From the human T2T-CHM13v2.0 reference genome, Homo sapiens: a stretch of 64,000 bases of DNA. The notes below the pieces were generated by a model that worked only from the letters and a program-made list of their open reading frames with translations, was not told the DNA's origin and made no database searches. Every line of letters starts with the position of its first letter. Position 1 is the first letter of the stretch. Shown here piece after piece: positions 39,900-55,800 of the stretch. The stretch lies in assembly GCF_009914755.1 (NCBI RefSeq), contig NC_060930.1; one strand, written 5' to 3'. A program made the position numbers and the translations under genes.

Positions 39900-42620
39900 C
39901 TCATCCACTTCCGGGGCGAGGGTAATGGAAGCTCCCTACCGCCAAGCACCACGACCCTCCCCTGCCTTCTCCAGGCCTAAGGGTCAAGCTGCCAGGCCAC
40001 CAGGCAGTGCCAGGTACGAGGATGACAACACCTAGCCAACCCGCGGAGAAGGCGGTGAGCTGGGTGACCTCCTGGAGCTGCAAGAGTTTGTGCCTGCTGA
40101 GGCCTTGCTCCACCGAGTCTTGGGGGGAGGCAGCTGGCGGGTGGGGGCGTGGCTGCCAAGGAAGTGGGTGTCGGGTACTGGGCGGGGGACAGAGCTAGGT
40201 CACAGTCGAGGTTTTCACTGACCCGAGTGGGCGGGGGTAAAGGGAATTCGTAAAAAGTTTCTTTCTTCATTAATGGCCTTTTTTCCCTATCCGAGAGCCT
40301 GGGCGCGGGAGGGAGCGAAGACGGGCGGGGGCAGGGCAGGCCCTCCGCAAGTGACACTTAATTCCCGGTCTGGACTGGGCCGGCGCTTGAAAGCAACTAA
40401 ATTAGCAAAACAGAAGTCAACTGTCGATTGCTTCATTGGAGGATTAAGTGTGATAAATGGGGGGTTTGTTCGCTCTCCGGTCCAGATGTTGTGTCTAAGT
40501 AAGGGTTTTTTCAAAAAAAAGTTTTTTTACATTCTTGGCCCAGGGCCCATATATATTTTGGATACTGCTGGGAGTATATAATATCATTGGAAAATGATGC
40601 GGTCTGCTAACCTTTTAAATAACATTTCCTCCCTCCTCTATTTTCTAATAGTTTGTTTTTCTTTCCATGTTTGCCTTTTATTGGGGGAAATTTTTTTTGG
40701 AAATTAATGAGGCTCAAGTTTGGAGACCAAAATAAAAAAGGGGTGGGGGAGTGTGAGAGGTGGATGGGGTGTGGAATGAAGCTGGGTGGAGGGAGGGCTA
40801 CTCTTTGTGTGTTTTAAAGCGCTCCTGGTTTGATTTTTTTTTTCTTGTAATTTTCTCTGCCGAGGCTGCCCGCGGCCCTCCGGCGGGGCTGCGCGGTGGC
40901 GCGCGCGGGCAGGGCGCCCGGGACTCTCCGCCGCGCCGGGCACCCGCTCGCCCTGCCCGGGCCGTGGGGCTGCGCGCCGCTGGCCTCCGGGAAGAACCTG
41001 CCATTCCCCCTGCAGCCGAGTCCGACGTGAGAGGGGGTGGGGGTGGGGGCGCCTCCTTCCTGAGTGAAACCTACGGAATCCGGCAGGAATTCGGGCCTCC
41101 CAGATTTAAGAAAACAAACAAAGGAAAGATTGTCAGAGAGGGGCCGCCAAGAGCCGCCGGGCCGCCGCACTGCCCTCCGCCCTCACCCCCGGGGCGCCCG
41201 GGCCTCCCAGCGGGGGCAGAACGCGAGGCTGGGGGGCTCCCCCGGGTGGTCCCCGGTGGGCTTCCCTGCCCTGGGTCTTGACTAACCTGTGTTGAGTCAT
41301 CCTCCTGTCTCTAGAGCTGAAGAGGCCCCAGGGCGCATAGGAAAGGAGGGTGCTGCCGAGGTGGCTGCCTGGGGGCGGGCCCTACAGGGGTCATTTGGGG
41401 CATCCCCTGCCTCTAGGCAAATCCCCACGGAGCCCCATCCCGCACCCTCCCGCAGTGTCCAGGGCGAACCCCTGTCCCCAAGCCCAGGCTTAGGAGTGAA
41501 ATCTCGACGGCTCAGGTTCCTTCTCTACGCAGTCCCCCAGCCAGACTAGGAATGGATCACCGCGCGGGTGGGCTCAGTTCCCGGCTTCGCCCGGGTCTAG
41601 GAAGAATGATAAAAAGTGAGAATGTAAAGGGAGGAGGTACTATAAAACAAAAGGGGTTAGACACCCATCAGGCAGCTGCGACCCGGTGGTAAACATGAGC
41701 GTCTCCTGTGCTCCCACCGCCTGCGTTCTTCCCGGCCGCGTCCACGTTGGTTTCCTTCTCGTTGTCTTGGTCTCTCCTGATTCTGTTCTCGTGTCAGTCT
41801 GCCCTGCCTCTGTTACTCCAAATCTCTGTGGTCTCTCTCCCTCTCTACCTTCTCTGTCTCCTTCTGAATCTGAATATGGCTCAGTGCTTCTGGCTTTCTC
41901 TTTGTCTCTGAAGCTATCTCTCTGAGAATGTCTCTGTCCCTTTCTGTCTGCCCCTCTTCGTGTTTCTCTGTCTCAAGCTGACGCTGTCTCGTGGCCTGTC
42001 TCACTGTGTCTTCTTCTGTCCTCCTCCTCGTCTTCCTCCTCCTCTCCTCCCTCCTCTCTCTCCCTCCTTCGTACCCCCCCCCCCCCGCCCCACTATTCCC
42101 CTCCATCTCTCCACCCTGCCCCCGCCTTAGGTAGCCCAGCGGGCGGGCGCCCGGCCAAGGCCGCCCTGGGCAGGGCCTTACTGGCGCTGACAGAGCCTCG
42201 CGCCCGCGGCCCAATTAGCGCGCGGCGCGAGGGACGCGGCATCTGGAATTGCGCTGCGCTCACGGCCAAGGCCGATTGTTTAGTCTGCGCGGCGGGGCGG
42301 GCGGCCCGCGCGGTGGCCCCACATCTGGAGCCTCGGCCAGACGGCCCTGCTGGCGGCTGGCCGGGGTGCGTGTGCATTTTTAACTCTGGGATTTGCTGAC
42401 AAGTTAAGAAGTCAGAAAGTCAGTGACGGCGGGAACTGGCGAGGCGCTCAAGGAAGGGAGGGGCAGGCGGAGGCTCGGGCGCATCAGCCGCGGCGGAGAC
42501 ATGCTTGGGGGAGCGCACAGCAGCTCCGTGCTTTGGCCCAGCGCGGCCTTCCCCCAATCTACCCCCACCCGTAGCTGCCCAGCGCCGCAGCCACGCGTTG
42601 ACTTTTCTTCCTTCCCGGTC
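39900..42620. promoter_or_regulatory. CpG island complex 2 (cores ~40.8-41.3 kb and ~42.1-42.6 kb); likely lncRNA promoter or enhancer
   Basis: Dense CpG and GC boxes; TATAAAA at 41641; no coding exon recognisable; boundaries approximate. Confidence 0.8.
40240..40720. promoter_or_regulatory. AT-rich CNE-like block within island 2
   Basis: TCGTAAAA 40248-40255 and TTTTATTGG 40676-40684 (posterior HOX13-type), GGATTAAG 40441 (OTX/PITX), CATTAATGG, CTAAATTAG, AATTAATGA. Confidence 0.55.
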
Positions 42621-43149
42621 TTTATCCTCTCCCACTTCTCCTTTCTCTTCATTTAGTCCCTGAATTATCCCGAAATCCCACACTTCCCAGCTGGCCAGAG
42701 CTCCTTGGAGGTCAGCCTCTAAGAGGGAAGCCCTGGAGTCTTAGGGCTCCCACGCTCTGGAGGAAACACAAAGAGGGCCAGAGAAGGCCAACAAATTGCC
42801 CGGAGGTGGCTCAGCAGTTGAGCGGCAGAGCTAGGACCAGAGGCCAACTCTCTTGACCCCTAATAGGGTTCTTGGCACAGCTCCGGGTCCCCCTTGGGGC
42901 TGATCCAATGTGAGCATTCTCACATTGTCAGAGTTCCTTCCCATCCTTTAAAAACGTGCTTTTGCACTTCCACTCATTCATTTCACAAATATCTGTAGCA
43001 CACTGTGTGCCCAGCCTGGGAAACACAGCGGTAAACAAGACAGGCACGTCCTTGTGCTGCAGAGCTTACATTTTAGTGGAGAAGAGAGACAGAAACTACG
43101 CAGCAAACAAACTATCCAAAGTTAGAAACTGTTGAGGAACAGGAAAAAA

Positions 43150-43385
43150 ATTGCTAATGTTTATTGAGTAACTATTGTGTGCCAGTCACCATTATAGATA
43201 TTTTCATTTTTACCAACTCATCAAATCATTATGACCTTATGAGGTAGGCATGTGTCCCTGTTTTGCAGATGGACAATTCGAGGCTGAGAGAGTTACATGA
43301 TTTATCCAAAGTCACACACGTGCACAGGTGGTGGAGCTGAGGTGCAGATTCAGGCTTGACTTCAAAACCAGGGCTCTCGCTCCAA
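43150..43385 (-). mobile_element. MIR
   Basis: GCTAATGTTTATTGAG...GAGGCTGAGAGAGTTACATGATTTATCCAAAGTCACAC. Confidence 0.8.
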
Positions 43386-44194
43386 CAGTAGGCTGCAACG
43401 GCTTGAAGGACAATGGTATAGTTGTCCGGAATTGGGTAATGACATCTAGGTGATATACAATTTATTCCCAGCAGCAAAACAAGTATTTACCAGGCCGCTG
43501 CTGTAAAGATCATTACTAGCATTTGTGTACTGCTTTCCTATTTATAAGCCATTTTCACTTGCATCATCTTCTTTAATCTTCACAACTTAGAGGGGTAAGT
43601 ATGATTATCATTTCCATCTCTGCCTCTGGAAACTAAGGCCTGCCAGTGTGCCCAAGCTTCACTTGAGTTTTAAGAGCGCTCCCTGCCCCAGCCCTCTTTC
43701 TCGGTAACAGAGGGCTCCATTTCTTTCCGCATTTGGTCTAGTTTTTCCTTGTTCTGTTTTCCATGGAAATACAGCTCAGTGCTCAACCTCATCCCCAGAA
43801 AATAGTGACTATATCATGCCTTTGAGATGTTTCCCCCCAGGAGCAAGTAGAGACTTTGTAATGTGCCATGGACTCTCAGCACAGTGTCCTGGTGAACCAG
43901 CCTGCTTTTCTGGTTGTGCAGCCAGGCAGACCTAACTGTTTAGGTCTGCCTAGCAGACCCACAAAGCCACACAGGGTTAGAGACCTTGGTTTCTATCCAG
44001 CCTCTACTGTGTGACCCAGCAGGTCGCTTACCCTCTCTGGACTTCAGTGTCCTCCTCTTTGAGATGGGAGATTTGGGATAGAGCAAATCTACTTTTCTTG
44101 GGTCACAAACTCCTTTGAGAATTTGCTGGAAGCTTTAGGTCACCAATTTAGAGTGGCTTATGTGTACACGTATCCTCAAGCACTCCATTTTTAC

Positions 44195-44195
44195 A

Positions 44196-44226
<31 letters not shown>

Positions 44227-44506
44227 AGATGGTGTCTTGCTCTATCTCCCAGACGAGAGTGCAGTGGCGCCATCTTGGCTCACTGCACCCTCCGCCTCCC
44301 GGGTTCAAGCCATTCTTGTGCCTTAGCCTCCCGAGTAGCTGGGATTACAGGTGCCCACCACCACACCAGGCTAATTTTTGTATTTTTAGTAGAAACAGAG
44401 TTTCACCATGTTGGCCAGGCTGGTCTCAAACTCCTGACCTCAGGTGATCGCCCCACCTCGGCCTCCCAAAGTCTGGGATTACAGGTGTGAGCCACCATGC
44501 CTGGCC
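44195..44506 (-). mobile_element. AluSx-like, antisense, with (AT)n tail
   Basis: (AT)n at 44195-44224 then Alu reverse complement; TSD ~CCATTTTT(T)AC. Confidence 0.93.
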
Positions 44507-44940
44507 ATTTTTTACTTATAATTTTTAGGGACTTAGGGACTCTTAAGGGTTATTCATGGGCTCCCTAGGGATTCCAAGACCCCCCCCCACCCCCATTCCT
44601 CCCACCGCCAAGTTTGGGATTGCTGTACAAAATGGTTTCTACACTCATCAGACATCCGAAAAAACCCACTACTGACCCAGGTAAAAGGAACCACAGGCTA
44701 TCCCTGGTAGGCAGGGAAACATGGGATCCTTTTCACTGAGGAGTCAGCAGATCTTAACCCCATGGCCTTTTCTTTTTCCATCTTTTACCTTTGGGGTTGT
44801 CTTGGAATAGGAAGAGGCAGGAGTCATCCCACCAGGGCCAGGGGAACACACCTTTGTGTTTTGACCACAGAGTGAATAACATAACTAGGTACCTCAAGCT
44901 TGGATCATGCCTAGATCCTGCTTGGATCATCCCCTACACA

Positions 44941-44991
44941 CATCATCATCATCATCATCATCATCACCATCATCACCATCATCATCATCAC
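44941..44991. repeat. (CAT/CAC)17 trinucleotide repeat
   Basis: Read directly. Confidence 0.95.
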
Positions 44992-45399
44992 AGCCACTTC
45001 TTACCTGTTCTGAGCACTCCCCAAACATCATTCTAGCTTGTTCCAACCCATCTATGGCATAAGCAGAGAAGGTAGAAAGGTCTTAATTTTATAGACGATG
45101 TGGCCCAGAGTCATCCTATGTGTTGCTTAGCATCACACAATGAATTAAAAACTGAGCAATGGGGAGAGTCCAGGTTTTCCCAGCTCTAATGTCAAACCTC
45201 CTTTTGGTCCACAGATACTTACAGCATGCCTACTGTGTGCAAAATGCCATGCTGAAGGCTGTCAGGGCTTGAAAGGTGATGATTCAGCAGAGGATGCTGT
45301 TTGTGCCTCACCCCGTGTCCTCTAGCCCACTTCTCCACTCATCTGCCACCGTGATGGGAAGGTGTCAGCAAGCCCAGGAATTGTCCACCCTAAGCAGCC

Positions 45400-45780
45400 T
45401 TTCTGCTTCTCACCTGCAGAGTTTCTCCAGTGCAGGGACCAAGAGAGCTTTACTCAGCCCACAGGACAGCTGGGATTTAGCACTGCAGGGGCAACCCTCA
45501 AGTTATTAATAAGAGATAAGAATGGGTGGATAAGCAACCTGGCTGCCTTGGAACTCCGTGGGACAATTCCATGGTGTGTTCTCACAGTTCCTCAGTGGGC
45601 CCCCATTGCCCACAATGAAACTCGATCATTAACCACTCTTCACTGGCTTTTCTCCTAACCCATCCCTATCTCACTTCCCCTTTCCCTCCCTCCAGCCTCC
45701 AGGGATCACCTCCTCAGTAAACTACCTGCACCCAAGTTCTTGTCTCAGGGTCTGATTTCAGGAGAAACCAAACTAGGACA
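45400..45780 (+). mobile_element. LTR16-like ERVL solo LTR
   Basis: 3' end GTAAACTACCTGCACCCAAGTTCTTGTCTCAGGGTCTG...CCAAACTAGGACA. Confidence 0.65.
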
Positions 45781-45797
45781 TGCAGAGACACGCGTGC

Positions 45798-45829
<32 letters not shown>

Positions 45830-46599
45830 GCGCGCACATCTCTGTGAAAAGATGAGGCACAGAGAAGAATCATTCCCAGTCATGACTGGATGGCACCAAT
45901 AATAAAGGCTGACACGTCCAAAGCTCTAAGACTGTGCTCCTCACTTTGCTAAGCACGTTCGACACTTGCTTCATTTATTTATTTTTATTTGGCAGGTGAG
46001 AAGTAGGCATCATAATTATACCTATTACATAGAGTAAGAAACTGAGGCTGAGAGATTAACCTGTCAAGGTCCCTTAGCTAAGTGGTAAAGCCTGGCTGTG
46101 TGCCCAGACCTGTCCACCTCCAAAGCAGTTGTCTTGTAAAGACTGCCTAGGCTGTCCGTGGCTGATGCTACAGGAACGGAGCCCAGAGAGGACTAGGGAT
46201 GGGGAGACTTCCTGGAGGAGGTGGGGTTTGGCTTGGCCTTGAAAGACCAGGTAGGCTTCCACTTCTACCCATCCAGGGCAGGCCGTATGGAAAACAGGGA
46301 AAGCTTCTAGGCAAAACATGAAGAACTTTAAAAACAACAGTGAGGAGTTGGGTCCAGCTAGCCAGGAGTGTGTGTTGGAGCAGGTTGAGGCCAGGCTGTG
46401 GAGACCAGAATGTCAGCCAGCAAGGTAGCCTCTTCCCCACTCCAGCCCAATGACCTATGTCAGAGAGAGCTCACCAGGAACAGGAATGGTGAAGGCTGGG
46501 GACTAGACAGCAGTCCTGCTCAGGCAGGGAGGGCAGAGAACTCACACCTGGTCTGCACCCCATTTCCTGGCCAGGCACCCCTGGTCTCAGTCATTCCCC

Positions 46600-46830
46600 A
46601 TTTCCAAGTAGTAAATAGATGTATAAAGCAACCATTTCCATTTAAAGCTCTGCAGACCGTAGGGAGGAGGGCCTGCAGGCCATCTGGGCCCTTGTTTGGC
46701 AATGTTTGTGCTCACAACAAACCTGATAGACAGAGATTTATCGCCGTTTTCATTAGCTGGGGTTGGTTTGGTTTGCTGCTTTTCCACCCCCTCCCCGCTA
46801 CACACACACTCCCGAGTTACAGATTTATGG
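46600..46830. promoter_or_regulatory. Candidate FOX/GATA/NFI enhancer
   Basis: GTAAATA, TGTTTGGCAATGTTTG, TGATAG, TTTATC, AGATTTATGG in ~230 bp of unique DNA. Confidence 0.3.
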
Positions 46831-48341
46831 TGGGTGGGAGGACCAGGGACTCAGAGAGAGGGGAGGAAGAAGGCTGAGCAAGGTATGGACTTGAAGCAAA
46901 GGGGATGGGGTGGGGATATGGAGGATGAAGGGGTGGGGGTGGTGAGGAGTGCACCAGCTCCAGAGAAAAGACTAAGAGAGGGTGTGTGTGTGTGTGTGTG
47001 TGTGCACTAGCATGCATGTTAGAAGGTGGCTGAAAGACACCTGCAGCCACATGCCCCCAACACACACGTACACACACATCTCATAATCACTGTAACTGTT
47101 GAGCATAGAAGCTGCTGAAATTCTAAGCTATCACCACCAGCACTGGGCCCAAGGCCAGGAGGGATGCAGACCTTTGGCAACCTCAGGGTCCACTCTGGTA
47201 TGACCGTATTTAACAAATGCCTATGTAGCATTCCTTCTGTCCTGAGGCTTTAGCTAGCTTCACTAATTTCACCATTAAAGCAACCTCCAAAGTGGACACT
47301 GTATCGTTTCCTTGATGCTGGTTCTTTCCCTCCCCTCACAGCAGAGTATACACCCCACCCATCTCTGTAGGAAGGGGGCCTGGACTTGAGTTCCCAGTTG
47401 AAGATATCATTTTTCCCCTTGGTGAAGTTCCCATGGGCATCCCCTTAGGGCTCTTTCTTGGGTTCTTTGCACTCCCTCTCCTCCAGCACTTCCCACCCCC
47501 AGCCAGGCTGGCTCTTCCCTGTCTGCATCTTTTCTCAAACAGCACCTCCTGCCCGGTGTGCCCTCCCCACACCTTCACTCATCAAAATCCTTCTAGCCTT
47601 CAAGCCCTCGGGGACTGCCTCGTGAGGCCATTCCTGAGCTGCTCCATGAGGGTCATGCCTTCAGTGAAAGACACTGAGAGCCGCCCTTGGGGATCATCCT
47701 GAAGGAAGAGGAAGAAACCAGAGAAGGTTGGCTCCCGCCTCTCACAAGCAGAGTGGCTCTACTTTTTATAGCAGAGTTCTGTGTTGGATTTCATTACAGC
47801 TAATTTTAAGAGGAAAAACAAGGTTTAACCCAGTGATCAATTCTAACTTTCTCATTTCACAGGTGAGAAACCAAGATCAGAGAGGGTGAGTGACTTGTCC
47901 AAGTCACACAGAGTTCTCGTCAGGGCCACAGGGCCAGGCTCCCCGATGCTCTTTCCATGGGATAGTTTCCCCAGTGTATATGCCCATCCTGCTAGGAGAC
48001 TGGAAGCTCTAGAGAGCAAGGACCAGGACGTGGCATCTCTGTCTCCACTCAACAAACATGTGATGCCTGCGTGTTATTTCACAGGCATTTGATCCCCAAG
48101 GCTGGCAGCTTTCGGAGGGTCCATGTTATCAACTTGCCTCCACAGCACCCAGGTAGGGACAGGCTGTAGGGTTGAGACAGGGCTGGAGTGTGGAAGGGGG
48201 AGTTCCTTGTCTCTATAGAATCTCCTCTGTCTGGAACACTCACTGCCAAACAGAGCTCTCTGCCTCAGGATTTTCAACACACAAAGCACCTGTCTTTTCA
48301 GACCCACCCATAGTCATGTCCCTTGAAAAGAAAGGGTTGAT

Positions 48342-48375
48342 GGGTTGGTTGGTTGGTTGGTTGGTTGGTTGGTTG
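48342..48375. repeat. (GGTT)n microsatellite
   Basis: Read directly. Confidence 0.9.
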
Positions 48376-49609
48376 CCTGGAAGGCCCTTAGCAATAATCT
48401 GAAGGAAACCAAAAGAACTTCCTCTCCCCAACAAACCAGAACATCAACCCACCATCAGCCTGCCTCAGTGTCTACCGTCCCATCAGAGTGCCTCCTGTGG
48501 GACACGGCCTTGGCTCCAGAAAGTCCCACCTCTTTCCTAAGCAGGAGTATCCCACTAGTTCTGACTAAGGCAGGACTTATCGAAGTCAAGAGTGGGCTCT
48601 GGAGCCACACAGTCTTGGATTCTAGTCCAAGCTCTGCGGCTGAGAAATACTGAAATACTTAACCTCTCTCTGCTCTGGTCTCCTCTGGGAAATAGGGATA
48701 AGAATATCTGGAACAGTGCTCAGAGGATTATTAAAAGAAGTGAACAATTTGTCTCAACTTCCCTGACGGAAAAAAAAAAGGATTGAATGAGATAACCTGT
48801 TGGGACACTCAACACAGCACTGGGCCCACTATCTTCCTGTGAATGAGGTCCTCCAGGATTAGCAAGTGCGTTGCTTGGCAAAGTCCCCAGGGAACAAGAG
48901 GATGGAGCTGGTGGAGCTTGAAGACACAGAGAATAGAGGGAGTTACCCCAGGCCACAGACAGCCCTGGTAGAGGAGGGGGAACAGCCTAGTCACTGAGCC
49001 CCCATCTGCTATGGGGAATCTTGAAAGTGGGAGGAGAAAAGTCTGGCACCAAAACCAACGTCTCCTTCTCTGATTTGCCAGGAGCTGCCCCTTAGCTGGG
49101 CTTAAGAGTTCCTTCCAAGGGGTCATTTCACATGATAACAAACTTTCATAGAACTCACTACATGCCAAACACTACATCTTCCCCCGGTAAACTAGACGGT
49201 TGGGGCCATTAGGGATTATTATCGTTACCCTGTCTTAGAAGAAGGCGGCTGATGCACCAGGAGCTAGCAACCTGCTGGGGCCACACAGTCCTAAAGAGCA
49301 GAACTGGGCTTTGAACCCAGGTGGTCTGCCTGCTCTTAACCCCCTGGACACTGGGTCAGCTTCCTCGCCAGCCACTGGCCACACCTCCAAAGCCCTCTGC
49401 AGTCAGTTGCCTGACCAACCTTTCTTTTGCCTACTGGGGTCTTGTCAAATCTGTATTTCTCACTATCAGGCTGGGATCTCATTCTTTTTCCAGTTCGATG
49501 GAAATTACCAAGGTCCAGGGGTCCAAGGTTGGGGGGATGGGGGAGGGTGAACAAGACAAATAAGACATAATCCTGGCCCTTGGGAGTTTTCCACTCACCC
49601 CTCTTAGAC

Positions 49610-50170
49610 CAAGCAAAAGTACAAATGGAGACCCACATTCCATATGTCTAAATATTTAAAAGTTAAAAATCAAGTTAACAAACTGTTTAATAAAATATGT
49701 TCTATTCATACACCTTCTAAAGATCTGGAAGGCTGGATTTGAATTTAGAGTTCTCAGGTTTCTTGGAGTTCTACACAGGGACACGGAGTGGGGAGAAACT
49801 CCCTCTGCTCTCCCCCAGCCCTGCCCTCAGCCTGCCTCTTCCCTTCCCATCCCCACCTTCACCTTAAACTAGGGCTTCGAGCATGTGTGTAGATACTCCA
49901 ATCCGCACACACAGCTGCTGACTGCATGCCCCACACTCAACTCACAGCCAAGACACAGGCTACCCTCTGGAGGTTGAACCTGGGGAGGTGGCCTGCAGAG
50001 GTCTTGGATGCAGGGTACAGGCCCTTAGGGCAGGGATTTCTAGGGCCCTGGGCATCTGGAGCATGGTTCAGGAGTGGGGGTGGCTCCCTCCTTCTGAACA
50101 GACTCCTACCCTGTGAGGAGGGCCAAAGGAGGGCCCTAAGTTTAGGGCCCCTTGTCTACAGGCACTGGAG
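49610..50170 (+). mobile_element. MER115-like hAT-Tip100 element
   Basis: AGTACAAATGGAGACCCACATTCCATATGTCTAAATATTTAAAAGTT...GGGCAGGGATTTCTAGGG resembles MER115 as recalled. Confidence 0.65.
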
Positions 50171-50279
50171 CTGAAGGTGGGTCACTCTTTCTTCCTTCTG
50201 CTTTCTAATCTCTTTGCCTGATCAGCCAACATCTGAACATCCTGGCAACTTTCCTTTCTAAACAGTTCTCCAAGCCCCA

Positions 50280-51850
<1,571 letters not shown>

Positions 51851-52095
51851 CTTCATTCAGATGGTGAAGGAATGGAGGCCAAGAGCATGGCCTGTGAAAA
51901 GGCACCACAGTGGGCTGGAGCCAAGGGCACGCAGGGCAGATGGAGCTGGAAAGGTGAGGTGGGAGCAAATTACAGAGGGGCTGGAAGGCTGGGGGAGCTT
52001 CTCTGTAACTTAACATTGCAATGGCTCCTATCTAACATGGAGCCATTGCAAGGTCTTAAGCCAAAGAGAAGAATTTTACGCTGCAACTGTATTTA

Positions 52096-52386
<291 letters not shown>

Positions 52387-52390
<4 letters not shown>

Positions 52391-52463
52391 ATATATATAT
52401 ATAATATATATATATAATATATTTTATATATATTATATATATATATTATATATATATATTTTA
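52387..52463. repeat. Perfect AT-only inverted repeat, 36-bp arms with 5-nt spacer
   Basis: TAAAA(TA)6A(TA)6ATATAT - TTTAT - exact reverse complement. Confidence 0.9.
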
Positions 52464-52474
52464 AAGAACTTGGG

Positions 52475-52821
<347 letters not shown>

Positions 52822-55800
52822 TTAGAGATTGCAAAATCCCCAATCTCAGAATATCCCAGAAGCAAAGCATCATCTTGAGTTGGACACACCAAGGCTTGTC
52901 TCCTGATACTTCTCGGCCTCTTTACACTGGCTCAGTCCACTTTTTGACACTGAAAATTGGTTCTGGACATAAGTGCTCCAATCACCCCTAGGAATGCTGG
53001 AATTTGCGTGAGAAGGTATCTTAGAGAAAGGTTAGATGTGAGCGGTTCCCTGGGGGCAAGGGCTGGGAAAGGGGCAGGAAGAGTATGGTGGCTCTGCCCC
53101 CCCGGGAAAAGTTGAAGGCCCTTATTTGGCATCACCACTCACCTAGGCCTTGGTTGTCCAGGAAGGCCTGGGAAACAGGGCGACAGAGTGTCTCGGGTCT
53201 CCCCTCCCCTCTACCCACCCCCTAGGCTTTACTCTGGGTCAGTTGAAGCCTGAAGTGGCTTTTAAGCAATTAGACCAAGCACTGGGCACTTTCAAATCTA
53301 ATTGTTTCAAAAGCCCTTGAAGGGTTTGAGTCTGAGCTCTTAAAATGCCAGAGAAGAGGGAAATCAGTGATGGTGGGAAGTGTGCGGGGCCCAGCTCTCT
53401 TCCCCTGCCCCTGTTTCTGCTCTCCATCTTCTTGAGGATGGAGCGAGTGGACAATTTAGAGCAGAAGGGTCCCTCCTCCCCAGGCTCTGAAGGTTCTGTA
53501 TCCCCTTCCCTGCCCTACTTCAGGTATCCAAGTAACTGTTTAATCAAACTCTATGCCCTCCCCACCAAATTGATGAGAACTAGGGCCGTCCAGTAGGGAG
53601 ACCCTGACCCCAGTGGGCAAAGCATCTCACCATCACCCAAGAAAACATGTCAGCAGCCTCACTGTGATTGCACACCTACTCATGGGCTGGAGGCTTGGGA
53701 TTTTTTAAAAACCTCCTGACCTCAAGGAGACCAACAGCCTGACAAGGGAGAAAAGAGCTGCTTCAAATGGGCAGAAATGAGAGGTTGAACTTAAGAGAGA
53801 TGCAAAAGCAGTGAGCTCCAGGAACACCGAACTGGGTGGGAGTAGGGCCAGAACTGGAGGAGAGAATTGAGGAACGCTCCATGGTGGAGGGTGACATTTG
53901 AGCTGAGCCTGAAGAGTCCGTAGAATTGTGCAGGTCAAGTTAGAAAGAAGGGTACATTATGAGTCCAGGGAATGAACATGAGCCAGAAGTGATCATGGAA
54001 GGGTGGAGGCCCCTAAGGACTCACATCCATCCCATCATGCTCTGACTCAGTTTCTTTGTCCATAAAATGGATCACTAGACTGGCTCAGTGGATTCTATTC
54101 GTGTTCTCCTGAGCTTTGGAGGTCCACAGAGAAGCTTTGGACCACTTATGGGCCAAGTGGGAGAGCAGAGGAGGCAGGGTCTAGACCTTTGCCTTCAACT
54201 GGAGCTTTAACTCTTAGCTGTATTATATTTTGGATTTCGGTATACTTTTGAGTCATTTTGTCCTCTGCAAACTACTGGGTGGATGGGTCCCTGGATATCT
54301 TCCAGCTCTGAGCTCAGGGTCTTCCTCATGATCAGCCACTTCCCTACCAAGAAGGACAGAGAGAGAAATCTATGCAGAGCCCTGAGGGCCAGTGGGGTGG
54401 AAATTCTACCCCAAGTTCTGATGTCCTGGAAGGGCTCCTGCCCAGCTGCCCTGGGGAGCTCAGCCCATGACCAAACTCAGATGGACTGATGGGTTTGATT
54501 CCTGGAGATATATCATTAAAGCACCTCCCTTTACATTTAGGTAAAGTCTCCCAAACTTTTTTCATGAGGAGAAATTGCCTTTCCTTCCATTGAAGGTGCA
54601 AAAAAGACAGCTTGGGTTGCTGCCAATATACCTACATGCTGTCAGAGGGTGTGGATGCCACTACCCACAAAGCCCAGAGTTTGGACAGCAGCCCACCAAA
54701 CAGCTTAGAGGTGTCCCAGCTAAGCCTTCGAGATAGGATGGAGGGTCTCCAGGAATGCCAAAGGAAATTGTTGAGGAAATCAAAGAATGAATGAACAAAT
54801 AAAGAGGCCACTGCCAAAATGCCCTTGAAAGGATCACTTTGGAAGCTGTTATTAGTTGTGTTTACCTTGGTGTGAATTAAGTATCTTAGGGTAAGAGTTG
54901 CTAGGAGGAAGGAAAGGTTTTGGAAACTGGATGTCACTATATAAGGAAAGAATAATACAAAAAGAAAGATGATGGGTGCAAGACAATCACTCACATAACT
55001 TCATCCTAGTCTCCACTACCCCCAGCTCCTCACCTTCCCTCAACCCACCCCCAGCCTCCTCCTCATACCCTCTCCCTTCTTTCCTCCCTGGAAATGCTCC
55101 CCAGCTCAGGGCCCAGGTGCTGAAAGGTGCTTTAACGTGAGTGAAAAAGTATTTGGCCTGGAGCAGGGGGACCGGAAGGGGGTGTCAGTCTGTGCCATCT
55201 GAAGGGGTGTGGCCCGCTGCATGTAAACATGGAGGAAGGGAGTGGCTTCCGGCCTGAGCTATGGGCCCAGGGAAGGACTGGAAATTCCTACCTGGCCTTC
55301 TGCTGCCTCCCCACCTGCCACTGCAGCAACTTCGCTTCACAAACAAAACAGAGACGGAAGTCAGTGGAGTCTTTGCAATGACATCTGCCCCTGCTCAAGT
55401 CCTCTGCCCTTGGGAGGTCCCACGACAGGCCTTGGCTCCAACCTTCAGCACCCAAGACCCCAGGATGGCCCATACTCTCAGGGGCCCCTGCCCTGGCCCT
55501 GGCCCACTTTCCTGGTCATGTTCTCTTAGGAGTGGCTTCTAGCTATAAAAGCCCAGGTAGGCTTAAGACAAGCAAACAACAATAATAACAACGAAACCCA
55601 CTTCCCATGGTTCTCCCACAGTTATAGGTTGAGAAGTCAGATGTGTAACTTAGAGCAGGTCACTTAAACTTTCTGGATTTCAGCGTCTTCCTCAATGGAC
55701 AAAACAGGTCGGAAGACAGTTTGAATCATATAAGGTGCTCTATAAGGGTTGGGGATAAATATTAGGCCATTTAACTGTGGGTTCAAATCCTGCCTCCACC

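Noticed and set aside
44791-45036. Poly-histidine ORF
   Set aside because: A simple (CAT/CAC)n repeat in a short ORF without an ATG start; no coding context
46149-46167. REST/RE1 site (GGCTGTCCGTGGCTGA)
   Set aside because: Only one half-site is good; it lacks the GGTGCTGAA half at canonical spacing
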